Origin: an uncultured Bacillota bacterium
Lineage (GTDB): Bacteria; Sysuimicrobiota; Sysuimicrobiia; Sysuimicrobiales; Segetimicrobiaceae
Assembly: GCA_963804645.1 (NCBI GenBank)
Contig: CAWDRG010000015.1
Span: 1-64,000, forward strand
Direction of reading: 5' to 3'
Length of the DNA: 64,000 bases
The notes beneath the pieces are model-generated. The model had not been told where the DNA came from and searched no databases. It saw only the letters and a list, made by a program, of their open reading frames with translations. The position numbers and the translations under genes are program-made. Positions within the stretch are counted from its first letter, which is position 1. Each line of letters starts with the position of its first letter. Below are positions 10,363-17,896 of the stretch, piece by piece.

Positions 10363-12735
10363 TTAGACGAAAAGCGTTTTCTTCATATGCAATTCTTGGA
10401 GAGCCCTCTGGGCCTCCGCACTGAGGTTGGACTTTCCGACCACGACGGTCACCTTGTGAATCTTGCTGGTGAACTTGTTATCGCCCTGTTTGTAGTCGTC
10501 GCTGACACACGTATAGAGGTTCTCGCCCACGTCCGTCGTTTCCGCGCCAAATGCGAACGGCTGAGTGTGCTCGACCCGCCCTGCGGCGACCTCTTTATCG
10601 TTGACGAAGATCACACCGTTACCGCCTGCGCCCAAACCGCCATCGTAAGCGAACTCGAAGCGAAGTGCCACCCGCCCTACCGGCAGGCGAGCGGGGCCGG
10701 CGATCTTGTAAATCTCGCGACCGAGATAGTTCCAGGCAAACCGGGGTGCGCCGTCCTTGACGTAAAGGGCCCAGCCGCCCATCTCCCCGCCTTGGGCGAT
10801 AACCACCCCTTCTGCACCGGCCTGCGGGACTTCGATATCGGCCTTAACCACGAACGAGCGGTTCTTGATGTTGATGAAGCCATTTTCGGGAATTCCCTTC
10901 ATTCCCTCATAGACCGTGATCTCGCTGCGACCTTCCATCAGATCCGGACGCCCCGCCAGAGCGGTGTTGAAGCGTTCCCAAGCGCGGTCGTCAAGCGGGA
11001 GCACGTGGTACTTGACGGCCTCTTCCAGGAAGACTCCCTTCAGCTTCGCGAGTTTGTCGGGATACTTCGCGGCAAGGTCGTGCGCGCAACTAAAATCTTC
11101 CTCTACATTATAAAGCTCCCACTTGTCGTCTTCAAACGTAGCCCGCGGCTTGGGCTCCCACGGCGGGCGGTGCACCGTGGTGGCGAACCAGCCGTCCTGA
11201 TAGATGCCCCGGTTGCCTGCCATCTCGAAGTATTGCAAGGTGTGGCGCGACTTCGCGTCGGGATTATTCAAGGTGTCTAGCACGCTCACGCCCTCGAGGG
11301 GTTTCTGCTGGACGCCATGCACGACGCCCGGCTCGGGCACGCCAGCCGCCTCCAAGACCGTCGGGGCAATGTCAATCATGTGCATCCACTGCGTACGCAG
11401 GCCGCCCTTCGCCGTGATGCCCTTCGGCCAGTGGACCACCATGGACTGGCAGACGCCGCCGTACGAGGCCACCTGGTGGCCCCAACCAAAGGGCGTGGCG
11501 CCGGCGAAAGCCCAGCCATTGTTGTACAAAATATGCGATTTGGGGCCGCCGATCTCGTCGAAGTTCTTTAGCGGAACGTCCAGAGGCTCCGGCAGCCCGT
11601 TGAACACGGACAGCTCATTGAAGGCGCCGTTGAGGCCGCCTTGGAAAACGGAACCATTGTCGCCGGTGATGTAGAAGATTAACGTGTTGTCCATTTCGCC
11701 GAGGTTCTCGATCTCGTCCAGAAACCGCCCGATTTCGTAGTCGGTCACCTCGGCAAAAGCGGCATAGATCTCCATATACCGCGCAAAGATCTTCTTCTCG
11801 TCGGCCGTCAAGTCGTCCCATTCCTGGATTCCCGGCGGCTTGGGCGCCGCATCGGTGCCCGGAGGCACGACGCCCATCTCGATCTGCCTGGCCAAGGTTT
11901 CCTTACGCACTTGGTCCCAGCCCTGATCGAACTTGCCCTTGTAGCGGTCGCGCCACGTCTCGGGCACGTGGAATGGGCCGTGAGTACCAATTGCCGCGTA
12001 GTAGACGAAAAATGGCTTGTTGGGGGCCAGCGAACGCTGCGAGCGCAGCCAGAGGATGGCCTTGTCGGTGATGTCCGTACTCGCGTAGTAATCGGCATCG
12101 GGATGCATATCCACCCTGGTCATGTTGTCGTAAATGACCGGATGAAAAAGGTCGGCCTCGCCGGACATGAAGCCGTAGAACCTCTCAAACCCGCTATGCA
12201 CCGGCCAGCGGTCGAAGGGTCCCACAGCGCTGCCTTCCCACGGTGCCAGCTCGTGACACTTGCCGAACATGGCAGTGTTATAGCCGTTGAGCCGCAAGAT
12301 CTCGGGCAGATTCGTGACGCTGCTGGGGCGCACCGCAGTGTACCCCGGGAAGCCGGTGGCAATTTCCGAGATCACGCCGAAGTTTGCGCTATGGCTATTG
12401 CGACCGGTAAGCAGCGCTACCCGGGCGGGCGAACACAACGGGGGGACTTTGAGATTGTTGTAGCTCAACCCGGTCTTGGCCAGACGGTCCAGCGTCGGCA
12501 TCTGGATCGGCCCTCCGAAGGTCGATACGTCGCCGAAGCCCATGTTGTCGAGAAGGATGACTACCACGTTGGGCGCACCTTTGGGCGCCTTTACCTCGAA
12601 CCGCGGTGGGGCTGTAGCGTTGTGCGCATCAAGCTCAGTGATTGGCGGATACTGAGGCTCTGGGATGGGCAGCACGGTACGGTCCATGGAGGCGGTCGTT
12701 CCGTCACTCCTTTGGGCCTCTGACTGGTTTGTCAT
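10363..12735 (-). CDS. Arylsulfatase (Cys-type, formylglycine-dependent S1 family)
   Basis: PNVVVILLDNMG, CSPARVALLTGR, GYNTAMFGKCH, GDNG, WELYN motifs; no obvious signal peptide. Confidence 0.93.
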   Translation of the reverse strand: MTNQSEAQRSDGTTASMDRTVLPIPEPQYPPITELDAHNATAPPRFEVKAPKGAPNVVVILLDNMGFGDVSTFGGPIQMPTLDRLAKTGLSYNNLKVPPLCSPARVALLTGRNSHSANFGVISEIATGFPGYTAVRPSSVTNLPEILRLNGYNTAMFGKCHELAPWEGSAVGPFDRWPVHSGFERFYGFMSGEADLFHPVIYDNMTRVDMHPDADYYASTDITDKAILWLRSQRSLAPNKPFFVYYAAIGTHGPFHVPETWRDRYKGKFDQGWDQVRKETLARQIEMGVVPPGTDAAPKPPGIQEWDDLTADEKKIFARYMEIYAAFAEVTDYEIGRFLDEIENLGEMDNTLIFYITGDNGSVFQGGLNGAFNELSVFNGLPEPLDVPLKNFDEIGGPKSHILYNNGWAFAGATPFGWGHQVASYGGVCQSMVVHWPKGITAKGGLRTQWMHMIDIAPTVLEAAGVPEPGVVHGVQQKPLEGVSVLDTLNNPDAKSRHTLQYFEMAGNRGIYQDGWFATTVHRPPWEPKPRATFEDDKWELYNVEEDFSCAHDLAAKYPDKLAKLKGVFLEEAVKYHVLPLDDRAWERFNTALAGRPDLMEGRSEITVYEGMKGIPENGFINIKNRSFVVKADIEVPQAGAEGVVIAQGGEMGGWALYVKDGAPRFAWNYLGREIYKIAGPARLPVGRVALRFEFAYDGGLGAGGNGVIFVNDKEVAAGRVEHTQPFAFGAETTDVGENLYTCVSDDYKQGDNKFTSKIHKVTVVVGKSNLSAEAQRALQELHMKKTLFV

Positions 12736-12834
12736 GATCTAGTCCCCTTTCGATGGCTCCGACCGAGATGACTTGTGCGTAACGCAGTTGTTCTCAACTT
12801 AAGTTTATTGGCTGATACCCACTGCGCCTTGATC

Positions 12835-14862
12835 CTATCTCGTGTGGCCTTCGTCGGACGGATACGACTCACCTACAGGCTCCCCCAAATCGGTCAGCAG
12901 ATGTTCGATCCGTCTCACGATGCAAGCGTGTCGTTCGACCTCGCGCGCCCAGCCTTGCGCGCGTGCCTCCTTCACCAAGCCCAGCTCTCGCAACCGCCGC
13001 GCCCGCAGCCGTGGTGCATACTCCGGAGTGGTGACGAACTTGGCGCAGGTCAGATACAGGTCACACTCACACGGTCCTTCCTGCGGCAGCCGCAAGCAAT
13101 GCCCCAGTTCCAGCTCGGTGCGGAAGAAATTTGCCTTGAGCCAGTCGATCGACTCTCGCGGCATTGCACCAACTCGTAGAGTTGCGGCAAGCGGTCCCGC
13201 GAGTTGTGCGCCGGGACCGAGGACCTTTAGGTAATCCTCGCGAATCGTCGCATCCGTCAGGTGGGCGTAGATCAGGGTCATGCCGGTGCTGGTATGTCCC
13301 AGCATCTTCATAATCGTGTGCAGACGTGCGCCACCCTCAGCGAGCTCAGTCCCGACCGTATGTCGGAAGCGATGCGCGGTGATGCGCGGCCGGCCATTGG
13401 GATCCAGCAATCCGGCCTCGGCACAGACGATGGCGAGGGGCGCCTCGAACAGGTAGCCCGACGTCATCTTCTGGCCGCGCCGGACGAACAGACGCGGCGT
13501 CTCCTGCTCGCCCCAATCCCCCCGGAAGCCCCGGGCCCCCGTGTCGAGCGCCTGCAACCCGCGGATCGCGATCGCCGCTTCTTCGTGCAACGGGATCAGC
13601 CGCTCGGTGCCGGTCTTGCCGGCCGGAATGCGCAGCCTTGGTGTGCCATCGGCATAGGCATCAAGACAGTGCAGGTCGAGATTGCAGATCTCGCTCCGGC
13701 GCGCCCCGCTCCAACGGGCAACCAGCAAGGCCGTGCGCTGGTAGGGGCAGGCCAAATCGCGGATTGCTAGCATGAGTCTCTCCAACTCATCAGCCGGGAT
13801 ATAGCGTGGCAAACGCGCGACCCGCTTCGGCAGGTCGCGCGCACCAATCAGAGTGTAAGTCGGCGCATCGTCCCAGCCCCAGGCAGCTGTGTCCTGGAAG
13901 AACACCGACAGCGTCGACAGGCGCGAGATCTTGGTCTCGATCGATACCACTGCGTTGTCCGCATGCGGAGTGGTCCTCAACGTCGCCGCATAAGCCAGTA
14001 CATGGTCGCGCGTGACGTCGCCGAATGTCTCGACTGTCGGGTGAGCCGCGACGACCCAGCTTGCAAAGTGCCGCACGTAGGCATCAAATTTCTGGATGGT
14101 CTTCGGACGGGACTGCTGTGCACGACGCACCACGAGATAGCGCTCCAGCAGCGCAGCCATCCGAGGTGGCGCATGTAACTTCCGCCGCGGGCAGGTTACT
14201 GTCCGCCGCGGGAACGAGACAATGGCATGTCGATGATAAAGTAGGGTCCGCAGCGTAAAGAGCGCCTGCCGATGTTCCGCGAACGCGCGCTGCCAAGCTG
14301 TCTGAGACGCGAAGAACATGAGGCGGTCAGCGTGGTCACCGAATGTGGTCAATGCCTGCTCGAAGTTGGCAAGGGCGGCCTCGCTCGGTAGATGCGCGCG
14401 ACCAGGCTCATTGAGGTGGAGATATTTGACGAGGCGGCGCACGCGCTCTCTGCTAGCGATGGTGCCATAACCGAGTTGTACGGCCTGGGCGGACAGGCTG
14501 TCCACATACGCGTTGACCGGCTCCGGCAGCAACTTTGGCGGCAGCTTGTGAAAATTGATCGCCAGGATCCACGGCCAGTCGAGCCGAAGCCGCTGCTCAA
14601 AAGCCAGGAAGTAGAGGTAGGCGCGACTATGAGCGCAGATATAGGCTCGGCCCGCTCTCGGCGACACTGAACCGACCCGCTCGACGAGCGGGGCCGAGAA
14701 CCAGGTGGAAAGGTTCGGATAGGCGCGGACGAATCTCCGGCGCGCTTTCAGCGCTTGGTCGCCCAGGATGGACGGGCTGACGGAGAGGAACGCCGCATAG
14801 TCGGCTTCCGATGCGTGCTGTAACCGCACTGAGGCGGAAGGCACAGCGAGGTTGGCGCTCAT
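12835..14862 (-). CDS. Large tyrosine recombinase (about 675 aa, TnpB-like)
   Basis: GARRSE, AGKT, TAHRFRHT, LGH, TLIYA; C-terminal Cys cluster; ATGA overlap with the upstream YR. Confidence 0.9.
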   Translation of the reverse strand: MSANLAVPSASVRLQHASEADYAAFLSVSPSILGDQALKARRRFVRAYPNLSTWFSAPLVERVGSVSPRAGRAYICAHSRAYLYFLAFEQRLRLDWPWILAINFHKLPPKLLPEPVNAYVDSLSAQAVQLGYGTIASRERVRRLVKYLHLNEPGRAHLPSEAALANFEQALTTFGDHADRLMFFASQTAWQRAFAEHRQALFTLRTLLYHRHAIVSFPRRTVTCPRRKLHAPPRMAALLERYLVVRRAQQSRPKTIQKFDAYVRHFASWVVAAHPTVETFGDVTRDHVLAYAATLRTTPHADNAVVSIETKISRLSTLSVFFQDTAAWGWDDAPTYTLIGARDLPKRVARLPRYIPADELERLMLAIRDLACPYQRTALLVARWSGARRSEICNLDLHCLDAYADGTPRLRIPAGKTGTERLIPLHEEAAIAIRGLQALDTGARGFRGDWGEQETPRLFVRRGQKMTSGYLFEAPLAIVCAEAGLLDPNGRPRITAHRFRHTVGTELAEGGARLHTIMKMLGHTSTGMTLIYAHLTDATIREDYLKVLGPGAQLAGPLAATLRVGAMPRESIDWLKANFFRTELELGHCLRLPQEGPCECDLYLTCAKFVTTPEYAPRLRARRLRELGLVKEARAQGWAREVERHACIVRRIEHLLTDLGEPVGESYPSDEGHTR

Positions 14863-15932
14863 GATCTCAGGGCACTGAGAGCACGACGGTAGTCCGCCAG
14901 CATCCCAGCATCGGACACCCGGGTGTAGACGCGCGTCGCCTCCAAAGAAGCGTGGCCGAGGCGCTTCTGCAGCGCGAGCTCGCGCATCCCACCCTCCCAT
15001 AGCCGGGTCGCATGTGTGTGGCGTAGCGCGTGCGGCGTGATCCAGCTGAGATCCAGGCCGGCCGTGCGGCGCAGACGGCGAAATAGCTTGACGAATGCGT
15101 CGTATCCGAGCGGCTCACAGCGACGACGACCGTGCCCGCCGACCAGGAACACGTGCTGCGACGGGGCATCTCGTGGACGTTCCGCCGCAACGTAATCGCT
15201 GAGCGCAGCCAGCGCCTCGGGCTCGAGGAGATCAACCATGCGCTCGCTGCGAGACTTGGTCCGGACGCCTCGTGGATGGTCGATTCGGTAGCGGATCACG
15301 ATCCGCCGTCGACCATACTGAATGTCCTCCAAATGCAGGTTCAGGAGCTCGCCCACGCGCAGGCCACCCTGCAGTAGGAACAGCAGCATGGCCCGATCGC
15401 GCAGCCGCTTCGGCGCCATGAGAAGCCGCGCGACCTGCTCTTCGGACAGCGGCCGGGGGATGCGCTGAATACGGCGCAGGCGCATCGACCGTCGGCCAGT
15501 CCGGCGCGTCGCCTGCTGCTGAGGGTAACCCGCGTTCAGCGGATTGCGGACGGCCCCGAGGGCGTGCGTCAGCAGCAAGTGCTCGTAGAAGGTCGACACC
15601 GCAGCCAGCACACGGTTGACAGTTGCCGGCGCGAGGCGCACGGAGACGACGGCCGGGGTCGAGGTACGCCTCCCGCCGGTGACACGTCGCCTGTCCGCGA
15701 GATGGGCGATGAAATCGATCGAATGTGCTATGTTGAATTGTTCGACAGTCAGTCCAGACGCGGAGAGGTATCCAAACAGGAACTTCAGATCATGCAGATA
15801 AGCCTTGACAGTGTGTGGCGAGCAGCCGCGTGCGCAAAGGAACCGAACAAAGCTTGCGATGGCAGGGATTTGCTTCCCCCGCTGATCGACCAGCGCTATC
15901 TCGGTACCGTCTGTCCCTCCAGCCCTGGTCAT
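14859..15932 (-). CDS. Tyrosine recombinase (357 aa, TnpA-like)
   Basis: SPHTVKAY N-domain; GLRVGE, TKS, TPHALRHT, LGH, TRVYT. Confidence 0.93.
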   Translation of the reverse strand: MTRAGGTDGTEIALVDQRGKQIPAIASFVRFLCARGCSPHTVKAYLHDLKFLFGYLSASGLTVEQFNIAHSIDFIAHLADRRRVTGGRRTSTPAVVSVRLAPATVNRVLAAVSTFYEHLLLTHALGAVRNPLNAGYPQQQATRRTGRRSMRLRRIQRIPRPLSEEQVARLLMAPKRLRDRAMLLFLLQGGLRVGELLNLHLEDIQYGRRRIVIRYRIDHPRGVRTKSRSERMVDLLEPEALAALSDYVAAERPRDAPSQHVFLVGGHGRRRCEPLGYDAFVKLFRRLRRTAGLDLSWITPHALRHTHATRLWEGGMRELALQKRLGHASLEATRVYTRVSDAGMLADYRRALSALRS

Positions 15933-15977
15933 TCACATCCCCCCAGCCCCGACAAACGTCAGTCCAAGCCATGGTGG

Positions 15978-15989
15978 ATGTCCATATAA
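15978..15989. repeat. Right terminal inverted repeat ATGTCCATATAA
   Basis: Exact reverse complement of 10200-10211. Confidence 0.9.
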
Positions 15990-15990
15990 A

Positions 15991-16311
15991 CTCGTAAAAG
16001 TTGGACGCCGGGATCAGGCACCGCCGCCTGGCGAATGCATCACGGAAGAGCGACGACGTGATCACGGTCTCGCCCCGAGCATTGATCGGCCGGCGCGTGT
16101 GCACGGGATCCTTGGCCCACCGGGGGAGTAAGCCCCACTGCAGCCGCTCCAGCCGGCGCACTCCGGTCTCCTCGTCGCGCAGGACGACCATTGTATCCTG
16201 GCTGGGGGCGAGGTTCCAGGTGGGCTCGATTCGAGGGTCCGGCTCGTATCCGGCGCGGAACAACTGCGCGACAAGCCCGGGGATGAGGTAGATGCCAAGA
16301 CGCCCGTACAC
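15991..16311 (-). pseudogene. SRAP/YedK family gene, N-terminal part (interrupted; Cys2 reads Tyr)
   Basis: MYGR...WNLAPSQ...WGLLPRW...INARGET...FRDAFARRRCLIPASNFYE. Confidence 0.92.
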
Positions 16312-16364
16312 GATGCGCTACGCTCCGTTCACCGTGCGTGCCGGCCTGCGGGCGCGCGGACCCG

Positions 16365-16901
16365 TCACGAAATCCGCGCGCGCGTCCGGTCCGGAAACCG
16401 AATGGACGGGTGCACCACGTCTTCGTCCGCAAACGGACGGAACCACTGGTGAAACTCGAGCCGCGGGTCGACGGGGTGGGACAGCTCGAACAGCGTCCGG
16501 ATGCCGTGGTCGTCGTACGCAACATCCCACAGCGGCCCGAAGTCGGCCTCGACCCCGCGGTCCTCGAGCGTGGCCTGGGCGAAATCCAGCAGCGCATGGA
16601 AGGCGAGGTGTTCCCCCACGCACGCGGGCCGGCACGCCGGGCGGTCCCACAAGTTCGCGCTGACGGACAGGAGACACGTGAGGAAGTTCCGCCCGAACGT
16701 CTCGTCGTACAAGGGACGATAGCGCGCCGGGAGATACTCCGCCATCCAGGTGTCCTCGATCGGGGTGCCACGGCTCAGGTCGTTGACCGCGTCGAAAAAG
16801 TACTGCGTGAGCAGCACGGTCGCGTCACGCAGCGCGGTTACATTGTCTTCGGTCAGCGCGCATTGACTCCAGCATCTTCGGTGCGATCGCCACGGCATCA
16901 C
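16365..16901 (-). CDS. Hypothetical acidic protein upstream of SRAP (start uncertain)
   Basis: Host-like codon usage; YLPARYRPLYD, PACVGEHLA, WFRPF; same strand as SRAP. Confidence 0.7.
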   Translation of the reverse strand: MMPWRSHRRCWSQCALTEDNVTALRDATVLLTQYFFDAVNDLSRGTPIEDTWMAEYLPARYRPLYDETFGRNFLTCLLSVSANLWDRPACRPACVGEHLAFHALLDFAQATLEDRGVEADFGPLWDVAYDDHGIRTLFELSHPVDPRLEFHQWFRPFADEDVVHPSIRFPDRTRARIS

Positions 16902-16922
16902 CCCATGACTTGGTGTGTCCTC

Positions 16923-16967
16923 AGTATGGCCTCAATCGGTGCGCGCCGCAATTCGGAACTTTGGTTC
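16923..16967 (-). promoter_or_regulatory. Sigma70-like promoter with adjacent putative LexA (SOS) box
   Basis: Minus strand TTGCGG-N17-CATACT (16951-16923); GAAC-TTTG-GTTC at 16956-16967. Confidence 0.55.
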
Positions 16968-17368
16968 GCGCGGTTTCTGGACAACGTGGCTAGGATCATG
17001 TGGATAAGATCACTCGCGCGAGGAATCCCCTCCCCGTCCCTTCGCCGTGCTCTGGTCGTCGTACATGGCGGCCTTGCCCAAGCAGGTCAACGCGGCGCGC
17101 CAGTCTCCGGCCGCGAGCGAACTGGCCGCCAGGCGGATGGAATGATCGCGCAGGTATTGCAGCGTGGCGATCGTCTGCCGGCGCGCCTGCTGCGGGCTGA
17201 CTTTCCGGAAGCCTTTTCGCACCACGCGCATGCCTTCATGGTGTTCGGTGTGCGGCTCCTGCCGAACACGCGGCCCGCCGCGTGATTGTGACCGGGAAGG
17301 GATGCAGCCTCAGTTGGGAAGGTGTACAATCGGCATGGAGTACGTGATGTACAAGGGGGTCGGGGCCG

Positions 17369-17725
17369 ATGCCAGAGAAGGGCTGCAAGGTGCACGAGGG
17401 GCACACCCACGCTCATAAGTCCGGTTGCGGGCACGTCGCCGTCCAGCACGGCGATCACATCGACTACCTGCACGACGGTCATCTGCATCACGTGCACGGC
17501 GACCATGTCGACTGCCACACGCTTGAGGTGAGCGCGCAACATCCTGCCGACTGCACGCCTGGGCACGAGTGCGGGGGCCACCCCAAGGGACATGTCCACA
17601 GCGCGACGTGCGGGCACCAGCAGGTACCCCACGGGGATCACGTCGATTACCTGGTGGAGGGGCACCTGCACCATCCGCACGGGACCCACTGCGATGATCA
17701 CGGGCGTGTGACCGTTCGCGCCTGA
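17369..17725 (+). CDS. His/Cys-rich duplicated-repeat protein, putative metal binder
   Basis: About 28 His and 7 Cys in 118 aa; two copies of CGH...HGDH(I/V)DYL..GHLHH.HG.H. Confidence 0.85.
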   Translation: MPEKGCKVHEGHTHAHKSGCGHVAVQHGDHIDYLHDGHLHHVHGDHVDCHTLEVSAQHPADCTPGHECGGHPKGHVHSATCGHQQVPHGDHVDYLVEGHLHHPHGTHCDDHGRVTVRA

Positions 17726-17781
17726 TCCGCCGATCATGGGTCGCGGCCGGCGGATCGCGCGGCCGCTCCACCCCTGAAGTC

Positions 17782-17820
17782 CCGGTCGCCGGCGCGGTGT
17801 GCGCCGGCGACCGGTCTGTT
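17782..17820 (+). terminator. Intrinsic-terminator-like hairpin
   Basis: CCGGTCGCCGGCGC-ggtgt-GCGCCGGCGACCGG followed by TCTGTT. Confidence 0.65.
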
Positions 17821-17896
17821 CGGCGTTGCGGCTGACTCGCGGCAGGGTAGTCGCGGCCACGGGAGTCGAGCGCCGCGGCGCCGAAACGCCTAGCCT

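Larger units (their letters stand above)
10200..15989 (-). mobile_element. Two-tyrosine-recombinase integrative element (Tn554 TnpA/TnpB-like pair, no tnpC) carrying an arylsulfatase, inserted in the SRAP gene
   Basis: Splits SRAP at FYE|W; perfect 12-bp terminal IRs; flanking 6-mers ACTCAG and ACTCGT; two YR genes with intact motifs. Confidence 0.9.

Noticed and set aside
14863..15000. N-terminal extension of the large recombinase (721 aa in the track)
   Set aside because: It overlaps the upstream YR; the ATGA coupling at 14859-14862 is the better start
15790..15990. C-terminal tail of the 173-aa SRAP ORF, and likewise the N-terminal 16 aa of the 145-aa ORF
   Set aside because: Both are read-through into element DNA, not SRAP sequence
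17010..17231. 73-aa ORF on the minus strand
   Set aside because: No motif and a weak RBS; cannot support it, though not excluded
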